NCBI RefSeq assembly: GCF_001194135.2
Contig: NC_068985.1
Span: 38,402,797 to 38,466,796, forward strand
Length of the DNA: 64,000 bases
Source of the DNA: Octopus bimaculoides
Lineage: Eukaryota
Direction of reading: 5' to 3'
Shown: piece after piece, positions 24,290 through 37,900 of the stretch
Layout: the number at the start of each line of letters is the position of its first letter
Position numbering within the stretch: the stretch's first letter is position 1
Translations under genes and position numbers: made by a program
Notes under the pieces: model-generated
What the model saw: the letters and a program-made list of their open reading frames with translations, nothing else
Databases searched by the model: none
What the model was told of the DNA's origin: nothing

Positions 24290-27200
24290 TATATAGAGAG
24301 GGAGAGAGACGGGGAAAGAAAGAGAAAGAGAAAGAAATGTTGTGTGAATTTATTGGTGTACATACTGATATAAGAAATGTTCTCTTGATCGGTGAAAAGT
24401 CTGGTTCTTCTACAATGTTATCAATAAGAATATATAAGGTTTGATAGAGTTATAAAATCATGCTTGTTGCCGTCTTTCCTATTTCTTAAATGTTTTTAAA
24501 TAAAGCTACGTACAGTTATATTTAACGTGCTCACGTGTACCGAAACACTGCAGAAAATATTCGAAAAGAACAAAAAATGAAAAACTCTTTTTATAGACAA
24601 AATGCGTGAAAACACACCCGACTGGGACATTAATGGCATCACCTGACTGTAAGTCACGTTTTCCTGTTTCATCAGCTATAGATACTGAATCTTTGATGTA
24701 ATTTCTTATTTCTACAAAGCGAATAGTAAATTCTCAGTTGTATAACACTTCTTATATTTAACAGCAATTAAATACTTAATTTTCTGTTGTGTGCAAAGCT
24801 TTTTCAAATTCGACTAACTCGGTGTTTTCGCACGTATTGTCTCGAAGATGAATTTTTCTTCTGAGATAGTTACGCAGTGAGTGTCGATTTAAGTTTTACT
24901 ATATTGAACGTGTTAAATATAAATGCAAGCAACGTTATGTCAATCATCATTGCCTAGTGTGCAATTCCAATTTGACGATACTTTGCACACGCCAGCAAAT
25001 TTATTACTGCTATTTACATATAAGAGCGACAGTTCTGAGTGATCTATGGCCGACACAGAAGCACTAATCGTACAGTCCGATGACGTTTTTCACGATGCAA
25101 TTCAACATTTCCCCATATATTGTTTATAACTTGAATTTTCCTCCCGAGACAGTGATTTTAGCGAAAGATTTCACACGATCACTTTAAATATATAATTATA
25201 CAACTTTATTTTAATGACGACTCTTTAGTGCGCTTTAAATGAATTGTGATAATAATATCATTCAGTTTGATACTGTTGCTTCCTCGCTGCAATTCTATTT
25301 CTTATTGCCATCGTAGTCGTTAAAGCGTAGGATAGGATACACTGCAGAATTCATTCCGGCATTCTGCGTACTGAGCTTAAATCCTGCCAAAATCAACATT
25401 GTTGTTCATCACTCCCAGGTCGATAAATGAGGTTGCAGCTAAGTACTGAAATTAATTCTTCTTTCCTCTCTCTTACACTCCAATATGATATTCTATACAG
25501 AAATGTCCGAAGGCAGGCAATAAACAAACACCTATATGTTCTAAGTATATAGTATATTGTGAAGATAACGGTAGGAGGTTGGTTAAGCATCACTTGATGA
25601 TAACTTTATTTTCCAAAAGACGTTTTATACCAAACGATAAATACATAACCAAGAAAAGGAAAACGAAACCAAAAGCGAGCACTATGAACGGACCAATTCG
25701 TGACTATGGTAATTAGAAAACAATTCCAAATAAAATAATAAGAACTATAACACTAATAAAAACTGTAAACGAAATAAAACCTCACAACATTTAAGCCAAA
25801 CGTCAAGTTGTGTAGGAGATCTGAAGCAATCGTCGGTATTTGATTGGAAGTGTATTTCGTCAATGTCTCTTCTGAACTCAAATGACCCGAGAGAAATTTG
25901 GTCACGACATGGTGTTTGTCACATGTAAGAAAAATACAACAAGGCTTGTCTTTGTGAATTTGTCTTGTGCAGAGTAGGAAGCCAAGAAAGTATATTATAA
26001 GAACATCTGGCAGGTTCCTTGAAATCCGATTATACATACATGTATCCACACACACAGACACACGCACACACGCACACACACACATATATCACAAAGTGAA
26101 GCACACACATATTTCTGTGATTATACATACGCGCGTTCTCTTTTATGTATATATATGTAAAACTGTAAGCATGCGTGTGTTTATTTGTATATGATTACGT
26201 ATAAGTGTATATATATTTGTATTATGATTGCATAGTTATACAGTTTATCCGCTTATGCCAAGTATGTTGTGGTGGTGGTGGTGGTGGTGGTGGTGGTGGN
26301 NNNNNNNNNTATCCGCTTATGCCAAGTATGTTGTGGTGGTGGTGGTGGTGGTGGTGGTGGTGGTGGTGATGATGATGATAATGATGATGATAATGATGAT
26401 GATGATGATGATGGGGCAGTGGTGGTGGTGGTGGTGGGGGCGCCGCGGCGGTTTAGCGGAAATGTTAATCGCAGTGATAAATGAAAACTGTCATTACTGT
26501 TGTATCGAAATTTGCAGCCAGCCAAGAGAAGAACGATCGACCAAACACTCTACACTGTAAATATTTCATCATTTGATAACAACCACTTCAATTGAATGAC
26601 TGATCTTACATCCCTACCAATTGCTTTTTATTCCACGCATTTCTCTTATAACATGTGTACAGGTATGTTCTCGTTCCCTTTGTTCTCGTCGATGTCGTGG
26701 TTATTGCTATTGTTGTCTTTGATGTTCTTGTTGCTGGTAGTGTTGTTGTTGTTGTTGTCGTCATCGTCGTCGCTGTTGTTGTTGTTGTTTTTGTTTGACC
26801 CCCACATCGTCCCCGTTCCAAATGACTTAAAAGAGAAAGTATTCAAGCCACCGAGCAGGCTTTCCGGGCGCCATGTCATTTAACTACAACCATGAAAATA
26901 GGAGAAAGAACTTTGGTAAACTGAAGCTCAGAGAGTCATATTTACGGTTGTATGTGACACACACTGTGTCAGTTCTCTCGACAGAAAATTCTAATGTAAA
27001 AAAAAAATATACATACAAAAATTCTAAGTATATATTTAGTTAAAAATGTTCTTTAAAAAAATGTATATTTCATGTTTCTTTTTTCAGTATCTGTTATTTT
27101 GTATACAATTTTTAAATGATTCTAATGTGTTAGCGTATCTCAAGTAACGTTTTTAGGAAGTGAGTATTAAATTGTCGTTGCATTCATATGTAAAAATAAT

Positions 27201-27782
27201 ACTTGTAAGAAAAAAATATAACAAAATGGTGCGATGTTAAAATAACACTTAGAGAGTATAACAGATGAGAGATGTCTTGTTGCCGGTTTATATTTTAAAT
27301 AATGAATAGCGTAGAAAGATGAGGTGACAGGACTAGGGAGATATTCAGACAGATAGAGAGACAAATACCTGGCTGGTTGGGTAGCTGGACTGGATTTGTA
27401 GATAAGTATTTGGTTAGGTAGATTGAAAGGTGGGCACACAGCTTAATCGATTAGTAGATAGAGGAATATATAGGTATGAAGATAAATAAAGAGATAGATA
27501 AATAGACAGACTGACAGACAAATAGATAAATAGATACATTTCTTTTATTAGCCACACAGGGCTCAACGAAGATGGGACAAATACAATGTAGAGCTTTTCT
27601 TTTTGGGAGGGGGAAGGGGGAAAAAGGGGGGGTCGATCAAAAGAGATCGTAGGAAGGAAAAGGGGGGAGTTCGATGAAAAGGGATCGGAAAAAAAAAGGC
27701 CGATCAATAGGGATCGTGTATCACAGTAATGTTCTCGTGTAAAAGGAGGGGAGGACAGTTTAGGTTTGGCCGTGAGATAGAC

Positions 27783-27815
<33 letters not shown>

Positions 27816-28214
27816 TGTTAATAGAAAGAGTAGCACAGAGAAAGAAAGAGGGAGAGTGAGTAAATGAGAGAGAGAGAGAGAGAAAGAGAGATAGAGAGAG
27901 AAGGAAAAGGAACATGATTTTTAGAATAGCAATGCTTTACTATTGATAGATTGACAGATACACTGGGTGGCATGAAAGACCTATATCCAGTTTGTTTTCT
28001 TTTTGTATATCAGGCACTGCATTATTGAACGTATTCAAAATGATTGGGTGTTCTTTGAAAGAGATTTGACTTTTATTTTTAGCAGTCATGCGACCATATA
28101 GAGATTCCTTCGTGGCGTACGAAGTAACATGCAATAGTAAAAGTCTGACTGTATCTCTTTTGATGTATTTATTAGGAGTTCTGATCCTGATCCCTATACA
28201 ACCGGCTAGTTTAC

Positions 28215-28264
28215 CAGCTGCCAGGTAGGCATTCCCTTCATATTTCACATGTTCATATTTCAAA
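28215..28264 (-). CDS. Candidate exon (50 bp) continuing the minus-strand chain
   Basis: Acceptor TTTTAGTTTTTCCTTATTGTTTGATAG and donor CTG|GTAAAC. Phase 2 start fits the 29037 exon and gives (C)LKYEHVKYEGNAYLAA(G). The ORF also continues past the donor to 27940. Confidence 0.25.
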
Positions 28265-29036
28265 CTATCAAACAATAAGGAAAAACTAAAACAGAACAAT
28301 GACGTATCACTTACATAAGCATATTTGCTTTCATACACATGTAACTTCACGTAAGTGAGCTAAACCACCCACGAATATAACAAAAGAATATATTTAATAA
28401 GCCCTATATCAGATAATGGTGTTGGCATTTCGGAGGATTGAAAATGGATACTCAAAATTATCTAGGTGTCATTGTGTTTGCTTTACGTTTATTTTGTTTT
28501 ATTATTTTTGAGTATTTAACTACGCCTTGATGTCTATATGATAACAGATTATCTTCATTTTTACTAGAGGTAGTTGCGGAAGACAGGAAATAATAAAAGT
28601 GATTACACGTTGAAACATTTCTTATATATAATATCTATTCTAGATTCGAAAATATAGTTGCTTTCCCTTTTGTGTTATATCTCTCATAGATCAGTTCACT
28701 TTTTGAAGATATCTAAAAGGGTGGTTGTAAATCAAATGGCTCATTTATTTTATTGGTCTTTTTATCAGGAAAGATGGATTGTATTCATGGCTGTCATAGG
28801 AAATGTGTGACTCATGGCGTCAAGAAAATCACCACTGAAAATGTTGGCTTTATTTAATGCATACATGCAGAATTATTCTGACGAAGCACAGTATTTTCCA
28901 ACTGGTAGTCATTGTACTATTTAAACTCGGCATTATAATTTCAAAAAGCTGCCTTCACTTTTTCTCATTGGTAAACCTATCTGTTTTAAATATTTACAAC
29001 TGTCTGAGATGGGTAGTCCAGAATAAAGCAACTTAC

Positions 29037-29062
29037 CAGCAGACATTATTTCGGTCGCCACA
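29037..29062 (-). CDS. 26-nt microexon of an unidentified minus-strand gene
   Basis: Near-consensus acceptor GTTTTCTTTTTTCAG and donor CTG|GTAAGT. Phase 0 reading CGDRNNVC joins the 34370 microexon in frame. Confidence 0.5.
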
Positions 29063-29074
29063 CTGAAAAAAGAA

Positions 29075-29126
29075 AACAGCCCAACAGAAAAACGCCTGAG
29101 AACAGCCTAACAGAAAAGTGCCTGAG
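29075..29126. repeat. 26-bp tandem duplication
   Basis: AACAGCCCAACAGAAAAACGCCTGAG followed by AACAGCCTAACAGAAAAGTGCCTGAG. Confidence 0.85.
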
Positions 29127-29498
29127 AACAAGTGGCTGGCATGTTGTCACCAGCGAACCGATGTTTATATTTTTAGTAATGATTTATCACAAATGGAAGA
29201 GCAGATCCTTTGGTCTTTGCAAGTCCTAACTGGTGAATCACTAGCACTTTAAACACCTGTCAGAAGATATCGAAATGAATTGCAGAAGGTTGTATTTAAG
29301 AGGGAGACCAAGTTGGGAAAAAGGAACATAAATAAGTGTGATATACAGTCAAGTTATTTCAGGAACAAAAGATACTCTAGTAACGATCGGTGAGGCCAGG
29401 AGATGAAACAGTTATGTGTACTAGACATAGTTATTAATGATGCATGATGGTGTGTATATATATCAATCAACCGAATAGTTTTCCCACTGTTGTTTAAG

Positions 29499-29566
29499 GT
29501 GTGTATGAGTCTGTTCGCAGCAGCATGTACCCAAATGAAGAGCAACACACCAACAGCGGTTTATCC
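29499..29566 (+). CDS. Candidate plus-strand exon (68 bp)
   Basis: Acceptor TTTTCCCACTGTTGTTTAAG and donor TCC|GTAAGT. Open phase-1 frame (G)VYESVRSSMYPNEEQHTNSGLS. Confidence 0.25.
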
Positions 29567-30640
29567 GTAAGTTTTAGGAAGATCAGCAACTAATCAGAAC
29601 CGAAATACGTTCTGACAAAATGATTAAAAAATGAGTAAATGTTGTGGTAAACATTTGATTTTCGTAGCATTGTAAAGGCATTTAGAGCTTTAATTGTGTG
29701 CTGTCAGAGTGGATGCGATACAAAACTGTTCTTTTTTTCTATAACACGATTTTAAATTCAAGATTTTGTATGATACACTTTTATATATCCCAGTTGGAGA
29801 TGTTTTTGGAGTATTTGTTCCTTGAGAGAGCGCAGATCTAGTGAGAAATGTTTCATGTCAGGTCTGAATAATACATTTGTGCAGTGAAGCTTGCAGTGAT
29901 ATCACCTGCATACGGTTATGAATTAATAGAAGAGAGAGCGAGCACGCCGTTGATATGCAGAAGGAATATTGGGGCACATATAACGGAGTTATTAGAAATT
30001 GGAAAGAAATGAGCCACGATAGCGCAGCCTCAATATAAACCCTAGATGATAAATGTGGTCTTTCTTTTTTGTTCTTTTTCGTAAAACTATGTCCTTTGAT
30101 AGCAGGAGTTAAGTATGAAAAATGTTATGCTAATGATTCATTATAAGGTAAAAGCATCTGTCACCGACTATCCACTTATCTCCAAACAATCTGACACTGC
30201 TTTTCCATAATTGCATATCAACTTTGTGGAATTCTTCCTCTTTCAGATTATTTTAACTTCTCGCACGGAGCTGGTCTCATTTGTCGTTTACAAACTGTAA
30301 TATACGTTCTAGAGGCGGAGATAGTTTTATAAATAAACAATTTCATGCTGTTTAATATATATATTCATACATATATGCATGTATATGTATATGTGTGTGT
30401 GTCCATGTATGTATATNNNNNNNNNNNNNNNNNNNNNNNNNNNNNNNNNNNNNNNNNNNNNNNNNNNNNNNNNNNNNNNNNNNNNNNNNNNNNNNNNNNN
30501 NNNNNNNNNNNNNNNNNNNNNNNNNNNNNNNNNNNNNNNNNNNNNNNNNNNNNNNNNNNNNNNNNNNNNNNNNNNNNNNNNNNNNNNNNNNNNNNNNNNN
30601 NNNNNNNNNNNNNNNNNNNNNNNNNNNNNATATATATATA

Positions 30641-31027
30641 CTCTTTTACTTGTTTCAGTCATTTGGCAGCGGCCATATAGGAGCACCGCCTTTAGTCGAG
30701 CAAATCGACCCCAGGACTTATCCTTTGTAAGCCTAGTACTTATTCTATCGTCCACTTTTGCCGAACCGCTAGGTTATGGGGACGTAAACATACCAGCATC
30801 GGTTGTCAAGCGATGTTGGAGGGGTGACTAATACAGACACACAAACAGATACATATACATGTATACGACGGGCTTCTTTTAGTTTCGGTCTACCAAATCC
30901 ACTCACAAGGATTTGGTCGGCCCGAGGCTATAGGAGAAGACACTTGCCCAAGGTACCACGCAGTGGGACTGAACCCGGAACCGTGAGGTTGGTAAGCAAG
31001 CTACATACCACGCAGCCTCTCCTGCGC
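30641..31027 (-). mobile_element. SINE family B, full length
   Basis: Reverse-complement homologue of 13789-14257 over its whole length. Confidence 0.9.
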
Positions 31028-32027
31028 ATATGAATATATTGACATATACATATATATATACATACATACACACACACCTTTTATGCCAACGTGTATATGT
31101 ATTACTATATATAATTCAATGGTACTATTACTTGAAATGTTATTTTGGCTAGACTAAACAAAAAAGTCACAATTTATATAATCTGGTTCCAACAACATCG
31201 TATGAATTAGCTTAGCTTTCATAGAAGAATTCACATTGAGATGCTACGTGCCTTCGATTTCACAGCCTGAGTCTTTAAAAGCAGACCATTTTTCTTTCTT
31301 TCTTCCTTTTCCTGTTGCAAGTATTGTTAATATGCATTTGGAACGGAAGTGTAGCGGATCGAGTTTTAATACTACGAGCTTAAATGTTATTTGGTTTCCT
31401 GATACAAGTTCATATATGCTAGGTATTGTTTCAACAGACGTAAATGTTAGTGATACAAAATATGTCTCTCTTCTTAAATATTCCGTGTAAGATATCCGAA
31501 TTTCATTATAGAATTTTTTGTTTTTTAATCAGGTTTTTATCATGTTGTTTTTATATAAAAATGTATTAACATCTACACATACCCACGCATTTTTGCAGAC
31601 TTCTGAATAATATTAAACTCACCCAAGCACCTGCAAAATGTAATATATGATATTATACACATGCATACATTGACACGCTCATGCACACACACATACACAA
31701 ATATATGTATATACATGTATATATTTAGATACACTAACGCACACAAACATATGTATACATAGGTAGATAGATAAATAGATAGATAGGTAGATAGAAACGA
31801 TGCACTCACCCAGCATACGCTATAGTTTTCTGACCCCACAAATGGGACTTTATTTCTTTTTCTTTGTGAATCAAGATGTTTCATTTAATATCCAATATAA
31901 TCTTATGTTCAAACTCTGAATAGCTAAATCAATCATTATATGACCCCAGGATGTATCGCTTTTCATAAAAGACGACTCGATGTTGGCATTTATTTCTGTT
32001 TTGACATTAACGTATATAACACACAAT

Positions 32028-32645
32028 TATCTTTTCTAGTATAGGCACAAGGCCTGAAATTTTGGGCAGGGGTCTAGTCGATTACATCGACCCCAGTATT
32101 TCACTGGTACTTAATTTATCGACCCCGAAAGGATGAAAGGCAAAGTCGACCTCGGCGGTGTTTGAACTCGCAGACGAAATACCGCTATGTATTAAGCCTA
32201 GCGTGCTAATGATTCTTTTCTACTCTAGGTCTAAGGGCCCGAAATTTTGGGGGAGGGGTCCAGTTCAGTAGATAGACCCCAGTACGAAATTGGTACTTAA
32301 TTTATAGACCACGAACGGATGAACGGCAAAGTCGACTTCGGCGGAATTCGAACTCAGAATATAAAGACAGACGAAATACCGCTAAGCATTTCGCTCAGCG
32401 TCCTAACGCTTCTTATTTCTTTACTGCCCACAAGGGGCTACGCACAGATGGGACAAACAAGGACAGACAAACAGATTAAGTCGATTATATCGACCCCAGT
32501 GCGTAACTGGTACTTATCTAATCGACCCCGAAAGGATGAAAGGCAAAGTCGACATCGGCGGAATTCGAACTCAGAACGTAGCGGCAGACTAAATACAGCT
32601 AAACATTTCGCCCGGCGTGCTAACGCTTCTGCCAGCTCGCCGCCC
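32028..32645 (-). mobile_element. Trimeric family A SINE (three head-to-tail units) with a single 15-bp TSD
   Basis: Units at about 32028-32215, 32216-32413 and 32414-32645. TATATAACACACAAT is repeated at 32013-32027 and 32646-32660. Confidence 0.85.
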
Positions 32646-32926
32646 TATATAACACACAATAATGAAATGTATTTCGTAACTTGTTCTGTTTTTATTGAAT
32701 ACTAAGATATTGAGAGAAATCTAGCACATTTATAAAAATATCAACAAGATAATTTGATTCAAATGCATGATTTATCTAAATATATAAGGGATTTGGGTGA
32801 ATTCTACTCTGTAATCGGTAACTCGGTCTTCTGCCGAAGAATATTCCGCCAAAGGATTGGCAGTTCTGTATATTCTCTCAAGACGTCTCTTATAAATGTA
32901 TGTGTGTTCATGGTCGACTGTAATAA

Positions 32927-32927
<1 letters not shown>

Positions 32928-33022
<95 letters not shown>
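32928..33022. repeat. (TG)n microsatellite
   Basis: Directly visible. Confidence 0.95.
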
Positions 33023-33025
<3 letters not shown>

Positions 33026-33371
33026 GTGTGTATATGTGCGCGCGCGGTAGCGTGTGTTGTGTTTGTGTAAACAACGAAAGGGAGCAAGATGAAATATCTC
33101 AGTTTTCCCCAGCATGAATTTGAACGACTAACACAGATGATAGTATATTAAATAATATGCTAGATTAATTTCTGGTAAATGAAAATATCTCTGCTTGAAG
33201 AGAAGGTAAAACAATGGCCTGGTGAGAAATGAGAATAACTATGAATTGGAATGAGAGGCGAAATCGAGAACCATGAGTTCTCCAGCGTTGGCATACCATT
33301 GAGGAAAGGACAATCTGTTTGCTCAGAGACAACCGGTGATACGTGTTTCTGCTTCAGTATAGCCATTAGAT

Positions 33372-33633
33372 GTGGAGGCGCGTGTCTTAGTTATCAGGCT
33401 GTTGGATTCATGATTGTAAGATTATTGTTTCGGTTCCTGTACCGGGCAACACGTTGTGTTCTTGAGCAAAACACTTCGTTTCAAGTTGTTCTAGTCCACT
33501 CAGCTGGCAAAAATGAGTAATCCTGCGACGGAATGGCGTCTGGTCCAGATGGGGAATTTATACACCATGGAAGCAGGGAAACCGGGAAACCGGCCCTCAT
33601 GAGTCGACATGACACGGGAAGGAACTTTACTTT
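33372..33633 (+). mobile_element. tRNA-derived SINE (family D), full length, with 14-bp TSD
   Basis: Head GTGGAGGCGCGTGTCTTAGTT...GTTTCGGTTCC. TATAGCCATTAGAT is repeated at 33358-33371 and 33634-33647. Confidence 0.85.
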
Positions 33634-34369
33634 TATAGCCATTAGATACATCGTCTTACTGTGACTTCAACTCACAAAGGAGGTAGACACATACAAAGAG
33701 TACATTTATGGCTTAATTTAATTTGCGCAATTAAAAAAACAAAAATGAGTTAAAAGAAATAGCTTAGTGTCCCTACTGGTATGAATCTCGAAAACAAAGT
33801 GAATAAATGTATATTTAAATACCATGCAATATTTAATGGTATATAAATTAAAGAGAATTTTGAAGCTTGATTTTTGTATCCTCTTCTCGTTCTGAATATG
33901 CTTAAAATGAGGGAGAGTTGACTGGTGCTTTTCATGCCTCATTACGAAACCAGTTCCAGCAAATTCCTATTTAGCAACATCGAGACAACGAGAGAAGATT
34001 TATGTGCTAGCCTGGCATGCTAGAAATTGCCACAAAGTCTCATTCAAATTACACTTTGTCATCTTAATATCGGTTCTGCAGTCCTCAGTATACTGTATGA
34101 AAATAAGACGGGATTGTCACTATAGCAATGTCTAAGCAACATTATTTTCCTTCGTAACGTACCTGCACACGCTATTTACTAAAGACTGTAAAACTGTACT
34201 TTCTGTCTTAAACGTATTTTCTCTATTTTAACTATACTATCTGTATTACATGCCCTGTTTATTAATTTACTGTGTTGTGCTATAAATTCTACTGTTGATA
34301 TTACATCCAGTATCCGCATTAATTCTGTCCCTAGCATTAAATTTGTACCTATATATAACAGCTACTTAC

Positions 34370-34392
34370 GTTTACGTTTCCTGTTCCACCAT
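34370..34392 (-). CDS. 23-nt microexon of an unidentified minus-strand gene
   Basis: Acceptor CCCTATTTTGTACAG and donor AAC|GTAAGT. Phase 1 reading (Y)GGTGNVN joins the 3' end of the 41241 exon in frame. Confidence 0.45.
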
Positions 34393-34599
34393 CTGTACAA
34401 AATAGGGTTTGCACATCAAATAGCATGGATATCAAATATTTTAAATATTTCCTATCCCTTACTGTTTCCATTTTATTTTAAACTATTTATACGACTGCCG
34501 GGACATTGCTCGAAAATCTCATTGTGCGCGCCTGTGTTTGAGCGTGTATTTATATCTATCTAGCTAATTAATATGCATAAGTACACACACGCATACAGA

Positions 34600-34642
<43 letters not shown>

Positions 34643-35013
34643 CACTGTATACATATGAACCAAACACCGCACGCTCACACATAAACCCACCTTTACACTT
34701 AAATACTTAGATAATAAATATTTATTTTACAAGCTGCTGAGATCAGTAGCAGTTACCTATTTGACCTTTAGAGATCTAATGTATATATCAATATAGGGGT
34801 CAATCGTATTGAACTTCAGAGAGAATATATGGTACGCATACCCAACAGCTAGGTGAACAAGGAGCACTATAGCATAAAATGTTCCTCCTAGAAACAGATG
34901 CAATTTGATTCTAAATAAGAAGTTCAATACGGGGGCTAGTTTTTGAGATAGTGTATGGAAGTTGAGAAACGAAAGGCCGGAGGGTTGTGGGACAGTAATT
35001 AAAGTATTAGTGA

Positions 35014-35190
35014 ACAGTCGTAGGCTTTTCTGTGTGGTTAAGAAGTTCGCTTCAGAGCCATGCAGTTTCATGTTCAATCCTATTACAAGGCACGTTTGGT
35101 AAATGTCTTCTACTTTAGCTGTGAGCTGATAAATGCCATCTGAGGAAAATCTGGTAGAAGGAAACTGTAGAGAAACCCGTCGAATGTGTG
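35014..35190 (+). mobile_element. SINE family B, old diverged 5' half
   Basis: GTGTGGTTAAGAAGTTCGCTTC...GGTAAATGTCTTCTACT...GGAAACTGTAGAGAAACCCGTC resembles 13800-13945. Confidence 0.6.
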
Positions 35191-35228
35191 TGTTAGTATG
35201 TATCTATATGTGTGTGTACGTATGTGTA

Positions 35229-35270
<42 letters not shown>

Positions 35271-36412
35271 TGTGTGCTGCATGTGCGTGTGTTTCTGCTG
35301 TTTCATCGTTTCACAACTCGGAGTGCTAAGATNNNNNNNNNNNNNNNNNNNNNNNNNNNNNNNNNNNNNNNNNNNNNNNNNNNNNNNNNNNNNNNNNNNN
35401 NNNNNNNNNNNNNNNNNNNNNNNNNNNNNNNNNNNNNNNNNNNNNNNNNNNNNNNNNNNNNNNNNNNNNNNNNNNNNNNNNNNNNNNNNNNNNNNNNNNN
35501 NNNNNNNNNNNNNNNNNNNNNNNNNNNNNNNNNNNNNNNNNNNNNNNNNNNNNNNNNNNNNNNNNNNNNNNNNNNNNNNNNNNNNNNNNNNNNNNNNNNN
35601 NNNNNNNNNNNNNNNNNNNNNNNNNNNNNNNNNNNNNNNNNNNNNNNNNNNNNNNNNNNNNNNNNNNNNNNNNNNNNNNNNNNNNATTTATGAATATATA
35701 CATATATATATAATAAATTTATGTATATATACATATATTGATATATACATATATATGTATGTGTGTGTCTGTGTGGTGGTGGTGGTGGTGGTGGTGGGTT
35801 TGTTTGTCTTCCAGTTTGTTTCTGTTCAATTCAGTACGCGTACGTATATCCTGTAACACTTTCCCAGTAAAACCTTCCATTATTCCGTTCTGTTTATCTA
35901 TTTGTGTCTGACCTTTCTTCACCTCAGGTACAATTATATTGACACGTTTCTAAATATTACCATCTTCGGCTGACGTTCTAATCGATGTCCGGACATATCG
36001 CCACTCAATCTTACCGATAATGATTTGCACCTTGTAACCTATCCTAACCCTGTTGGGGCTCGATACACACGCACATGCACGCACACACAGACAAACCCAT
36101 TCACACACATAATCACATACCCACATACACGCGCTCATACACATATATGTATATATACACTTATGTACATACATATATACACCTATACAGATATGTACGG
36201 ATACCTATGCACACATACACACCTGTACACACAGACACACACCTATGCAGACATGTACCTATACATGCTCACACACATATACTACCATCAATAGATCATT
36301 TGTATAAATATATTGCTGAACAAAACTGACTCGTATATTCATGCTCACGCACGCAAATTGCTAGACGTACATAATTCTATATGCAAATACACACACATAC
36401 AACACACATGCA

Positions 36413-36499
<87 letters not shown>

Positions 36500-37619
36500 T
36501 GTCTCACACATATTTGTATTTATGAGAAACATCTTTTTCTTCTAGATGTGTCGTATTGAATACACGACAATGTTTTAATTTTATAAGATTTATCATTTCT
36601 TACCATGTTTTCGAATATGAATTCCTTGTAGTTTCTTTCCAAAAATTCCTAAATGTGCCTATAAATCTAATACATTTACCAACGTCATTATTTCTAGATT
36701 TTCATAGTTTATCATCAGAATGAAGTGATGTTAATTTTCGTAGTTGCTTCGTTATACCAAGAAACCGCTCATTCATTTGGTAACAATTCTTTTTGGAATT
36801 CGGGTTTTGAATGTTAGCTCTATACATCAGCAGATGTCATTTTTTTTATGCTAGTGTATGTTAGCTTTGCGTTTGTTTTAACATTATGTTTACAAATCAA
36901 TATTTCTGTTTTTATTAATCATTTAGTTTTCGAAAAGATTCCGTAGAGTACCATTTTGTTGCTCACTAATATTCTCCTTCTCAGTTGTCTTCTGTATTAA
37001 TTAGTGCATTATATGCGCCCCTTGTATATATATACCTGTTAATCCTGCAAGAGAGTGTCATATATGTATGACCAGTATATCATTTAGAACTGTGAATTAT
37101 ACAAATTCGTAATCGGATTAATTAGTTAGATTGGTCATTAGTAACTTCTACATTGCTTTACCTGCTGTTAATTTTGGTTTGCAATCGACAAGAATATTCT
37201 CAATTGCTGTACATACAATTAGTACTAATTCATACTTTAGTGCCCTGGTGAATAGTCAATATGATCTATCATAAAATGTGTGTGTGTGCGTGTGTGCGTG
37301 TGTGTGTGTGTGCCTGCGTATATGTGTATGAATGTGTGTGTGCGCGCGCGCACGCGCACTCGCACGTACATATGCATATAGATTTCAAGTATAATAAAAA
37401 AACGTGTAACTTTCATGGAGGGATCCTCTAACGGACTCCCTTTACAAGATTTCTTTAACCGACCACAATCGCCACATTTGATTGAAATCAAATAATGTGT
37501 TTTATAATTTGATTATCATACATTTTCAGATACCACTTAGATCTACATTATTGCCTGCTATGATTTTGGAAATAGAAACTGTTGTTAATCAAAGGATGTT
37601 TCTACGGTACAGTAACTAA

Positions 37620-37900
37620 CTAAAATGGATTCACACAAGGAGCACATCAAAGTCTTGCGACGGGAAGTTTTCGCGGTGGTGCAAATGTCGAATAGTTTTT
37701 CAGCAGGAAAAATGGGAATGAATAAGAATACCGGTGCTGTAAATGAAGTAATTTTATTTCAATTGAGAATCAAATGTGTCGTTTATTCTACTTATCGAGC
37801 TACTACTTAACCAACTCAATGTTGTTCCGCATTTACCGGACCTAAGTCCTAACGGCTCTCACCTTTCATTTTCAGATCGAACAATATATTTCTCTGTGTA
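37620..37900 (+). mobile_element. Possible internally deleted mariner-like relic
   Basis: MDSHKEHI resembles a mariner N-terminus and NVVPHLPDLSPNGSHL resembles the (H)PPYSPDLAPSDYHL motif. Heavily degraded. Confidence 0.35.

Noticed and set aside
25015-25130. TATA-like box plus short ORF MADTEALIVQSDDVFHDAIQHFPIYCL
   Set aside because: No credible splice donor, 27 aa only, expected by chance.
26245-26345. Direct repeat TATCCGCTTATGCCAAGTATGTTGTGGTGG on both sides of a 10-N gap (similar case at 20027-20067)
   Set aside because: Typical unmerged contig overlap, i.e. an assembly artefact.
27940-28350. 136-aa minus ORF as a piggyBac transposase relic
   Set aside because: Only a vague match to the GRxxFRQYxPxKPxKYG region with no catalytic Asp motifs, so it is not supportable. 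The 5' part is instead listed as a low-confidence exon.
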